NCBI GenBank assembly: GCA_032718475.1
Contig: JAUCBJ010007084.1
Span: forward strand, 1-64,000
Direction: 5' to 3'
DNA length: 64,000 nucleotides
From: Nemertoderma westbladi
Lineage: Eukaryota; Animalia; Xenacoelomorpha
Part shown: piece after piece, positions 27,266-37,780 of the stretch
How the letters are laid out: every line of letters begins with the position of its first letter
Numbering within the stretch: position 1 is the first letter of the stretch
Notes under the pieces: generated by a model
The model's database searches: none
What the model saw: the letters and a program-made list of their open reading frames with translations, nothing else
What the model was told of the DNA's origin: nothing
Position numbers and translations under genes: made by a program

Positions 27266-30200
27266 TTATCGACCTGCTCCTGGGTTCTTTGGGCTCGCTC
27301 CTCTCCTTTGCCCCCTACCCAGATACACTAAGCGTCCTCTGGTAGTTGATTCTGTTGACGGCGTCCGAGAGCCATCACTCCCCGGAACCGGCGACGACGT
27401 TCCCTGAGCCCCGACTGATTCTCGACTGGTGCTTCTCCCTCGGCCTCGTCCCAATCGTGCTCCTGTGGTCGCTTCCGCCAACTCTTCCTTATGCAATTGC
27501 ACTCGCGCCTTCTCCGATGCCCCCTGCGCCTTGCGCTGCAATCGCTGAGCCTCAATAATTGAATGATAGTGGTCGTCCTTGACTTGACGTTTGTCTCGGA
27601 CCTCTCCTCCTGGTTCTCTCCGCGAGCCTTGAGCTCCAGCGGTTGTCACTGTGGTCGCCGCAATCCTCTGTTCCTGTATCCTCTCAGCGGTCAATGACCC
27701 CACTGGCACATGAGTCAACAAGAATTCGTTGCGGTATTGTATAGCCGCCATCCTCCAATCACCTCTCGCGCGTACCACCTTTCTAGTTTCCGAAAACAGA
27801 CGTTTTGTAATTCGGTCGCAAATGGCAACGAAGTTCCAAGTATACTTGTTGTCCATATTTAACTGTCTGAAGTATTCTCGGACTACGATAACTCCAGTGT
27901 TTTGTGGAAGGTCTTGAGCGGTCAGGATGAGCTCTTGATACTGTGGCAAAGACTGTAAATACGGCTCATATGCAACGTGAGATGGGTCTACTGCCCAAAA
28001 TCCGTATCCCGCCTTAAATGGTAACCAACGCATCTGCACTTGAATGTGGTAGTCGGCCACACTCTCCACCTTATCTAACATCTCCCGAAGTAGGTTGGCG
28101 CTATGGTTTTGGAAGGAATCATCTCGCAGCTGACATCTCGCGCTACGATGTCCCTTTACTCCACAATATCCGCATTGAGAAATGAAGACGGTGCACGTGT
28201 GAAACAAATGGTCGGTCTCATTACACCAACGGCAAACCTTATGCGCCGCCTCTACTACTGCGTCGCACGATTTTTGATTGTGCCTTGTGCTGCCGCACAA
28301 CTTACATCTACGCGCTTGTGGAAACCAGGCCCTCTCGTATATGAGGTCTCCAATCGGTTTCGCACTTCCTTCTTTCCCAATGTCCAATACGATGTCATCC
28401 TCTCCGGTCAGCGGTTGTCGATCCGGAACAAAGTAAACATCCTCGCCCTTGTCCTCTATCTCCAATATTTCCTCCCACGTTTGTTTCGGATATGTCTTCT
28501 CCACCAGAAGATCCACTCCGAATACCTCTACTAACGTCTCCAGCCAACCCTCTTTAACAGGTCTATCAGCCTCCGAGTGGAAGGGAGTACCAAACCCGCG
28601 GGTTTGATTCCCGAACCACTTCTCCAAGGCCTCTGGCGTCGGATACTCCATCGACGGTCGGTCTCCCAAGTCTCCGATGTTCTGTCGATATACTCCTTCG
28701 AATATTGCTAATCCCCTCCTAACCATCGACGTATTCTCTAACGATTGGTTGAAGAACGGGGTTAAGAAACACTTCATCACGTCGGATTGGATTCCCCCTT
28801 TCGAGCGAATGTATTGATCTCCTCCGAACACCAATGGATGACGCTTCAAAACTCGCGCAACGATATCTACTAATAAACAAGTTACCGTGTTCGACTCAAG
28901 CACCAAATAATATTGTAGTGACGCACGGGGTGGCGCGCAAATGTTCCAATACACCAACGCTTGCCGCTTGAAGTGGGATTTGAACTCCGCTCCCGGTGGC
29001 GTGTTGTATTCACCATACGCCTCCTCATACTTCTTCTGCGTCTTTAACTTAAAGTCCCAATTATACAATAAATGTGCTATGAAGCCCATACCAGTCTTGG
29101 CAGAGTTGGGATACTCTCTATAAATTCCAATATCCCGTGCCCATAGCAACAATAGCTTGGTGTCGACGAACGGTCTCGGCAATCTATCTTCCAAGTCAGT
29201 CATGGCGTTGAAGTCACTCTCCAAATCGCTCTGGACTCCTGATCCCACCTTGATGTAATCTTGGTTGAGAATAGCCTCTCTAACCTTCTTGGGTAACATC
29301 CTGGCGTCGATACGCTCTGCTCCGTGCATACCTCCTTGCCTGCATACCTCCAAAATCTGTTCTCTAGGATCCTTTCCCCTCCGATATTGTGTTGTTATGA
29401 TGGGCTCCGGTCTCTCTCTATCCGCCCTTACGCGCATAAACACATGAGTCACACCATCGGCCGCACGAATTTGAATGCACTTGCTAGTCAAACATTCTTG
29501 ATGGGACCCTCCTTCATTGTCGTAGAACATCACTCTCCAATCTTGCAGTGATTCCTCCGTCTTCCTCCACTGACGCTGAATCTCGTCTGATGGGGTCCAC
29601 ATGCGCTCGATAGCCTTGTGGTCATCATATCGGGTGTAAGAACCCTTCCTCCTCAGCCACGTCTGGTCTACCTCCTCGTTGTCTGGGAATGTAGCCACCG
29701 CGACCCATACCTTGATGTACTTGTCTAACCATCCAAACAGTTTACTCTCCTTCCCCGGAGCTCCAATCTTGTCTAGTGTGTCATAATCCGTGATCTGCAT
29801 CGGGACATCACGCAAGAACTTCACGCATAAAACTTCCCGTAGACAGTCAACGTTCCAATGATCCGCCATTCTCACCATCGGCAAGAATCTAATCGCTTCT
29901 CGCAACTCCGGATGATCTACCAATATCGCAGGTTCGTTGCCGTCGTCGGCATAATACACCAGTCGGGGTTGAGATACGGCCTGTGGAACAAATCCGGTCG
30001 CTCTCCTCGTCTCCTCCTGATGTCTATCCGCGGTCTTATTATATTCTGCTACCCGCTTCTCGAATAACTCCTTCGCTTTCACCGCTCGCTCCTCCTGCCG
30101 CAACGCGTCTATGTCGTCCTGATGCTCAGGCGTGAGGGTTCTCGCTCGATGAGGCGAAGTAAACGTAGTCCAGGGACTCGAGAGCTCCAAACCCGCGGGT

Positions 30201-30976
30201 TTGGTACCCGAGTCCCGTGCCGCTTCGCGCCGCGCCTCTAGGTCCTTGTAGGCTCGGTATAGCGAAATGGCCGCTGATGTCTCTATCAAACTGGGTCTCG
30301 AACAGGGTTTAATCTCCGTATACGGATCTAATGTTGTAACGGTCGGCGTAACAGGTCTAGGAGGTTGCTTTCCGCTGAAGTCGATACTGATCATCGGGTT
30401 GCTCATTGGGTAACCTCCCTCGTTGTATCTGAGGAACTGATGAGCCGGACATCGTGTTAATATTGGTTCGGGATGTTGCTCGTCCAGTCGGTCGGGAATC
30501 GCGACGTCTTGTTTGTTCATGCATTCACCACACTTGTAAAACAACTTGTACACACTGAAGACCTTCGGCGTCTCTTGATCCTCGCCTCGAGTCCTCCGGT
30601 ACAGATGCATTCCGTCGAACTGGTCTCGGACTGCAGGTAGCGGTTCTTCATGTCGTAAATACATATTCATATGGTACAGCCGCGCAATCTCCTCATCTGG
30701 GTCTGCACTAATGTCACATACGTCTAAAGCGAAGTCGTAGGGATACCGAGTGCGATACTCTCTCCGCAAAACTTCCATACGGTCCCCCAACGCTCTCATT
30801 CTTTCCCTCCTTAGCTCCTTGTCATACGCAGGTTTATATTTCCCATTTAGTTCCATCACCGACCTCCCATGGTAGTAAACATTTGAATCTTTACATCCCG
30901 GTCGCGCGAATGGTAACTCCGCCTCCTCTCTAGCAGTAAATCCTCTGCGCGGTTGCGCTCTAATTCCCTTCTCCAT
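27266..30976 (-). CDS. Element A ORF3: Zn finger + DEDD-like (RNase D/WRN-type) 3'-5' exonuclease + three CCHC knuckles
   Basis: Uninterrupted about 1236-aa frame; start MEKGI chosen by alignment with element B MAKGI. ExoI FYDNEG, ExoII KVGSGVQSD, FVDTK, GMGFIAHLL, ExoIII-like QYYLVLE; knuckles CKLCGSTRHNQKSC, CRWCNETDHLFHTC, CGYCGVKGHRSARC. No signal peptide or TM segment. Confidence 0.85.
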   Translation of the reverse strand: MEKGIRAQPRRGFTAREEAELPFARPGCKDSNVYYHGRSVMELNGKYKPAYDKELRRERMRALGDRMEVLRREYRTRYPYDFALDVCDISADPDEEIARLYHMNMYLRHEEPLPAVRDQFDGMHLYRRTRGEDQETPKVFSVYKLFYKCGECMNKQDVAIPDRLDEQHPEPILTRCPAHQFLRYNEGGYPMSNPMISIDFSGKQPPRPVTPTVTTLDPYTEIKPCSRPSLIETSAAISLYRAYKDLEARREAARDSGTKPAGLELSSPWTTFTSPHRARTLTPEHQDDIDALRQEERAVKAKELFEKRVAEYNKTADRHQEETRRATGFVPQAVSQPRLVYYADDGNEPAILVDHPELREAIRFLPMVRMADHWNVDCLREVLCVKFLRDVPMQITDYDTLDKIGAPGKESKLFGWLDKYIKVWVAVATFPDNEEVDQTWLRRKGSYTRYDDHKAIERMWTPSDEIQRQWRKTEESLQDWRVMFYDNEGGSHQECLTSKCIQIRAADGVTHVFMRVRADRERPEPIITTQYRRGKDPREQILEVCRQGGMHGAERIDARMLPKKVREAILNQDYIKVGSGVQSDLESDFNAMTDLEDRLPRPFVDTKLLLLWARDIGIYREYPNSAKTGMGFIAHLLYNWDFKLKTQKKYEEAYGEYNTPPGAEFKSHFKRQALVYWNICAPPRASLQYYLVLESNTVTCLLVDIVARVLKRHPLVFGGDQYIRSKGGIQSDVMKCFLTPFFNQSLENTSMVRRGLAIFEGVYRQNIGDLGDRPSMEYPTPEALEKWFGNQTRGFGTPFHSEADRPVKEGWLETLVEVFGVDLLVEKTYPKQTWEEILEIEDKGEDVYFVPDRQPLTGEDDIVLDIGKEGSAKPIGDLIYERAWFPQARRCKLCGSTRHNQKSCDAVVEAAHKVCRWCNETDHLFHTCTVFISQCGYCGVKGHRSARCQLRDDSFQNHSANLLREMLDKVESVADYHIQVQMRWLPFKAGYGFWAVDPSHVAYEPYLQSLPQYQELILTAQDLPQNTGVIVVREYFRQLNMDNKYTWNFVAICDRITKRLFSETRKVVRARGDWRMAAIQYRNEFLLTHVPVGSLTAERIQEQRIAATTVTTAGAQGSRREPGGEVRDKRQVKDDHYHSIIEAQRLQRKAQGASEKARVQLHKEELAEATTGARLGRGRGRSTSRESVGAQGTSSPVPGSDGSRTPSTESTTRGRLVYLGRGQRRGASPKNPGAGR

Positions 30977-31735
30977 TATGCACCGCGTATATACATATAT
31001 ATATCCCAATAAGTACCGTTACGTAACCAATTACACTGTGGGTAAATCAGTTAGATGTCGCCGAAAGACAGACCTCCCGAACCCCCCGCTGCCTTCCAGC
31101 AGTTCAGGTTCGACTCTCTAGATCCCGTCTCTTCCTAACTAACTATCCTCTAACCTATTCCCATGCATAGCGCAAAAAACTTTGGAGATAAACTGGCCGT
31201 GACCAACTCACTTTTTGATGCCCAAACTACTCCCATTACTCGTACTAAACTACAGTAGTTAGAAGGGACAATAGTCTTGATTGTTCGACTATACCAAACC
31301 CACAGGTTTGATAATCGAATGTCACACTTCACTGCAAACTACTGAGTGGGGTCCGTGTACGCCCTGGTGCTACTAACCTTTAGCACCTTAGTTGTACTGT
31401 TGGCACCAATCTGTGGAAGTTGCTAAACTCAATTTACACTCCTACATAATATAGCCGTCACCACGGTTTCTAAATGCTATTTTCCAGGCTTCACGACTTT
31501 TCAAATTACTGTATCTCTATAGACGAATTCTAAAACGCGTCTATACACAGCGTCTGAGATTGTCTTGGGTTCACTTCTAATTTTTTTTTTTTAATTTTCC
31601 AAAAATTTTGAAAATAAAATTTTGTTTTTTGATACCCACCAGATAAAACTCAACGCAAATCACCACAACCCCGCTCCTATGCATTTCCTAGTATTTGCAT
31701 ATGAGGAATGCATACGAAGTGAGTTGTGTCCAACA

Positions 31736-33330
31736 CTAACTTTGCTTTGAGGCAGGAGACAAATTATAATCTCCTGTCTCTATGCGTGTCTCTTCCAATA
31801 ACACAATATCTTGGACCGGTCGGTCCAAGGTGTGTAAACCATTAGTTTTACACTTCTTCGGGTGCGGACACTTGCACCTAATTTTCACAGTGACTGTGCA
31901 CACTATGTTTTGCACGTCTGGGTGTATATGCAAGATCACTCCAGTCTCCCAATATTTTCTCTTGACTATCGGCTCGGTTATTAATACGTAGTCTCCTCTT
32001 TGGAGGCTCCGAACCGTTTTGTACCACTTATTTCTGGTGGATATGGTAGGAAGATAATATTCCCGCCAATATTCCCAGAATGTGTACGCCACAAATTGAG
32101 TCACTTTCCAGCTTTTACGACTATATAGTTCGGCACTAATGGGTTCTGATGCCGGCACAAGAAATGCTGGACTCTGCATTAGCAAATGATTCGGCGTTAA
32201 TGCAACACCATCTGGCAACATAGCTATCGGCCTCGAGTTTAGGGTATGCTCGATTTCGATGAAAGCTGTAACCAGTTCGTCGTCGGTAAGTTGTTTATTT
32301 ACAGGCAATGTTTTGGCAATGGCCTGTTTTACAGAGCGAACCAAACGCTCCCAACTTACTCCTCTCCAAGGACTTTCTGGAGTATTAAATCTCCACTCTA
32401 CTCATTGCGGCAAAAGTGCTGCAGAAATTTCTTTATTCTGTGCTGCTTTGTGAGCCGCGTTTAACTCGCTATTCCCTCCGACAAAGTTTGTACCCTTATC
32501 GGAGTAGAACGCCTTTACTAGTCCTCTCCTGGCCATAAATCTCTTTAAGGCCAGGAGCAGAGATTTGGTCGACATGTCTGCCACACGCTCGACATGTATG
32601 GCTCTACTAGCCATGCATTTCAGTAGCAGACCCCATCGCTTGTGGGTCAGCCGTCCACTCTTTGCCTCAATCGGACCAAAACAATCCACCCCTGTGTTCG
32701 TAAAAGGTGGGTCATATGCCTGCACTCTCACTTCCGGAAGTTCAGCCATCTCCTGTTCCAATACTCTGGCGTTCACCCTCTTGCAAACCAGACAGGCGTC
32801 GTACATAGTGCCTACTGCCCTGCTTGGCTGCAATAGAATGAATCGACAAACAGTGTAACTTTCCCGCGTGATGCAACCTCTTGTGTATATCCCATAGAAT
32901 CGCTCTTTGCAATTCTATTGGGTGACTAGGGATTATCACTGGGAACCGAAACTGTGAATTTATGTCGACAGTCTGGATTCTCGATCTATGACAAATTAAA
33001 CCCTTATGGATTAATGGACTCCATTATCTAAGGGGTTTATAGAGAACTGGTTGTTGAGCCGATAATAGGTGGAATTCTTTCGGGAAGGCACACATTTGAT
33101 AATGCTTCAAATGCCTTAATTCCGCTTGATCAATCTCATCCTCTGTCAGAGGTTGTTTCAATTTCTGAATTCGCTCACTATTAGCGCTCGTTTGTTCTCC
33201 CAAATGTTTCTAATGTTTTATACAAAGGTACAAAACGTATCGGCTTAACCACGCAGTTCTTTTACAAATTGTCAGCCAAGAGGCAGACGAATTTAGTAAT
33301 TTGTCATAAACACTGCATGACTCTAATGCC
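31736..33330 (-). pseudogene. Element A integrase (frameshifted, with stops)
   Basis: H..LHHAG / CLVC Zn-binding motif, GVDCFGP, SDKGTNFVG, LNSRP, LTPNHLL and DRPVQDIVLLE spread over several frames. Confidence 0.92.
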
Positions 33331-34664
33331 AACGACGGTTGTCCGCTAACTAATGGAAGTTTCGAATCCAAACCCGCAGGTTTGGAAACCAAATGCTCCA
33401 TTGTGTCGGTCATTTTCTGTCCGTCACTTACCAACTGTGACCGTCGTCTAGTCTGTAAGGGTGGTTTTACGTCATAACTTTGCTTGTGTCCTTCTGGGCT
33501 CCTCCCGGAGGAGCACCCACGAGGCGGACACTGTCCCACCACCCCTGGGGCCAGTCTGACTGATGTTATTATCAGACCGGGCTGGAGGGTGGCCCGATGC
33601 TTCCCGGGTTCTGTTTTCGGTCCCCCGATCACACCGGCACAGCTCGTCGAACGTGTAGCCAGATGGGTGGCTACTGTCAACTTACTGTGGCCTGACTGTA
33701 CATTGAGCCAACTCAAAGTATAACAAAGAGTCAACCGGCAGGTGGACCAGTCGATAGCGATCAAGCACCAAGGTTGCCCTTGGGCCTAACTGACGGTCTT
33801 GTCCCACGTGGGCTTGCGCTACCCAACATGGAATATTGACACGTTTTCACCCGCCTCGCCGGCAGTATTGAGGGGAAGTAAGTTCCGCAAACAATACTGA
33901 CTAGCTCGAAAGCTAGGAACAAGTAACCACTTACCAGTCGCTGTACACGTGTACTCAACAGATGTTCACGATATCAAGTACACTACGGTAAACACAAAAT
34001 CTGACACATACCATGCACACACAGGAGACATAATCGGGAAAGACAAAATCGGGGTCAAATCGTGAGGGACAAAATCAGAGGGGACAAAATTGTATCGACC
34101 AACCAGAAAGTCGAGAGTACCTTATTTTACCATCGGGGCAAAATAACTTTGTGTGCACAAAGTATGCTGGGGCGCAGTAAAGTATGGTCCTACTAATACC
34201 AGCGGCGTCTGGACCAACTGGCAAGGTTTCCCACACTCACTCACAGTGGCCATACATACAATCACGTGTACTCACATACCCACAGCAACAGAAAGCTCAT
34301 CTCAGACCTAAACACACTCCAAAGACCAATCAGCTGAACATGGAGACAATAACATATAGTATCAAAAAAACGGAACAGCTGACGGTCAATGGCACACATC
34401 CAAGCCCCAAAGCTAACTGCCACTGCTCGCCCACATACAAATCACAGTTCACACCACATGAACCACAAATCACACCATGCCACCACCCCTACTGTGTACA
34501 GGACTGGCAGTACGGCAACAGGCCGACTAGACGGAACCACGGCACCATGTCGATTCATGGTTCGTCAGACACGAGGGCCTTCAGTATCTCCCTTGCACTT
34601 AGGTCAGGAAATTTAACGTGCCCCTAGACCCTCACGAGTCCGCTGCCGCCTGCTAAGGGCACCT

Positions 34665-37600
34665 CTATAGAGACCTCACCTCTTTAGGTACCCTTCCGGA
34701 CCTAGTCGTCACGTAAGTCTGTAGGTCTGACAGGTCTCCGGGCTGCTCCAATGACTCTTCAGGCTGCTCCAATGACTCTTCAGGCCGCTCCAATGACTTG
34801 AGTTTGGCTTTCGACTTTGACTTGGAGACTTTCTCCACTTTGACTTCTGCATCTTCTGGCATCGGATTGGTCACTATCTTCAGTCGCTCTGGCCAATGTT
34901 CCTGTGTCCTCGTTAGAAAATCAGGTCCATGCAACCAAAACTCCTGGGACTCTTCCTGACAGAATTCCGCCGGCATTGCACCTCTCGAAGTTATGTCGGC
35001 CGGGTTCAACACTCCCGGACAATGACTCCACTGTTCCTTTGTCGTAAAGTCGACAATCTGAGCGCGTCTGTTGGCCACAAATGTCTTTAGTGCAATATTG
35101 TCGGCTGCAATGTATACTAACACCAAGGATGCGTCCGTCCAATAGAATAAGGTCAATGTCGTGTCTAGCTCCTCAATTATCTGCTTACTTACCTCGACTG
35201 AAACTACTGCCACCTGTAACTCTGCACGAGGGACAGTCATGTATTTGACCGGCATTGTCTTTGATCTAGAAGTCACAAAGGCCGTCTCAAACTTGTCCTG
35301 ACTTACCTCTCGGCGAAGGTAGGCTACCATACCAAAGCCGGTGTCACTTGCGTCACTAAATAAGTGGAGTTCGAGATCAGCTAGAAATACCAGCTGATTC
35401 GGAAAGTAGGAACGAGGTACATCTATATTTTTCAATAGATGTAACTCGGCTTCCCACTCTCTCCACTGCTTTGCATGTATAGGAGATATTGGTTCGTCCC
35501 ACTCTAGGTTGGACAACCAAATTTTCCTCATGCACGCTCGTGCCTGTAATATTACCGGACTGATAAAGTTCATCGGGTCAAATAGTCTACTCAATGTCGA
35601 TAAGCAAATTCTCTTTGTCAAAATCTTGTCTGGGCTACTGGGCTCAAATCTAACTCTTACCTGGAACTTGTCCGTGTTCGGGTTCCAAGCATGTCCCAGT
35701 ACTCGCGCCATGGGGATGGGTTCTACCCCCAATTCAATGTCTCCGCTCCTGCGATCTTTCACCGGGAACGACTCTAATAGGGCCTCCGAGTTCGTAGTGA
35801 ACTTGGTCAGAGGAAAACCCCCTGTAGCCAAGCACTCCTGTAGGCCGTGAGCCACTTCTATGGCTTGTTCCGCCGTGTCCTTAGACACCAATCCGTCGTC
35901 CATGTAGAAGTTTCTCAAGATGGACTCGATAACCTCTACTGGGTACTTACCAATCTGGGCTGTTGCCGTTTTCCTTAGAACAAACAGCGTACCATTGGGA
36001 CTATCGCGGGTGCCAAATATCCTAACGTACATTTGGTATGTAACCACTGGGCCGGATAAGTCTTCATTCTCAAACCAGAGAAATCGAAGGCTATCCTGGT
36101 CTGCCTTACAGGCTCTTACCTGGTGGAACATCGCCTCGATGTCACAAGTATGAGCGAATCGCCACTGTCTAAAACGTAACAGTATACCTATCAAATAATT
36201 ATTCAGGTTGGGACCATCCATCAACTCTGAATTCAGGGACATACCTCTATAGACTGCCGCGCAGTCATTGACTACTCGGACTTTGTCAGGCTTGTCAGGG
36301 TGAGTCACATAGTGGTGTGGAAGGTAATATGTCTGGTCTGTCACTAAGTCAGGGTCCTCTACCTTCCCAGCAAATCCCTTGGCGAAATAGTTGTTGATCT
36401 GGGCGCAATACTTCTTCCTAATGTCTGGATTCCTTAACAACCGAGCCCTTACTCCGTTCAATCTTTTCAAGGCTAAACTGTAGTTGTTCTCCAACTTAGG
36501 TGGTTGTCGACGCCACAACATTCCAACTTCAAAATGTCCAGTCGGTAGCAGACGTATGGTGTCTTCCATCATCTCCAGCGACCGTTTCTCATCAGTAGAC
36601 ATGGTTAGGTCATATCCACCGGGTTCCATTGCGTCCCTTTCCAGCCATTCGACGGTTCTAGCTCCTGTCTCGAGGTCCTGGCGTATCAATTCCTTCTGTA
36701 GCTCCTCTTCACTGTATTGGAAAATGTCTAGGTCTCGATATTTAGCCACTTGACCCTCCACTATATCGGTATAAGTCAAAACGTTACTCAAATAGGTAGC
36801 GTGGGCCGCTGAACCAGACCCACGGGTCTGATAACAGTAGTCCTCGGGTTCACTATCTGTCCGGTCGTTGTGAAGTGGTTCCGACAACCTAACATTATCG
36901 GGAATCAACTCCTCGTCCGACTCGCTAACGTCACTATAATGGTCAATACAGGTTCTCCTAAACTCGTCTAAGTCTGGTGGTTCTACTAACGGTGGTTCAG
37001 TTATAGTCTGTAATTCGTCGTATCTATCTATTGGCTTGTCGCCACCTGTAAACTCATAAGACATGGGTACTCGTGTATACCAACCTAATATAGTCCTATG
37101 GGCATGTGGTCCATTTACATGCGGTTCAGCTGGTCTCGTTTCCCATATTTGGTGTGCGATTAGCTGTTCTGCACCAATCAACATAGAAACATTCCTATAA
37201 CCTACCTGGTGTCTGGGTACTCTGAGCTTGTCAAAATACTCCTGTGCTATGGGACTCATTGGCGGCACCTTACCTAACTGCCTGCCGAACCCCTTCATAG
37301 CTAGACACTTAAATCCGTCCAATGGCAAAGCTCTCTGTTCTTGTCGAGTATGTTGGTCTCTCGGAAGTAGGGAGTCTAATTCTACCGAAATTCTGTGTCC
37401 CTTGAGGTCCCCTACCCCGTGCATAGACTTCAACTCTATTTGGATCTCCTCGGCATCTTGGAAGCTAGAAACGGCTCTCGCCACTTCCTCGTCGATATAA
37501 GATAATGTGGACGCTGTGTCCAACATCACATATATCCGCTTTGATCCCTTATCTCCAGTAAGTTTCACCAGAATCACGCTGAATATTTCCGACGTGGCCG

Positions 37601-37780
37601 ATGATAAATACGTCCGCGCGCTGGTCGATGAACTGTCCGCAGTGAAACCTTGGCAGGTCACTTCTCTCGCGCTTAACTCGCCATCTTCGTCCGACGAACC
37701 TGGTTGGTAACCATCGTCCTGGATGCTAGTATACGTATTTCTCCTTCTCGATACGGGTTCTTTCTCCCCTTCCTTTGAGG
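34665..37780 (-). CDS. pol: Element A pol: aspartic protease, reverse transcriptase, RNase H
   Basis: YVMLDTASTLSYI; YLPHH..KVRVVNDC; DIEAMFHQV; FYMDDGL; LFDP; LHLFSDAS; PRAEL; FYWTDA; NPAD (BEL/Pao signature). Out of frame with gag. Confidence 0.93.

Noticed and set aside
27266-31009. ORF3 as an envelope glycoprotein
   Set aside because: No signal peptide, TM anchor or furin site; it has nuclease and knuckle motifs instead.
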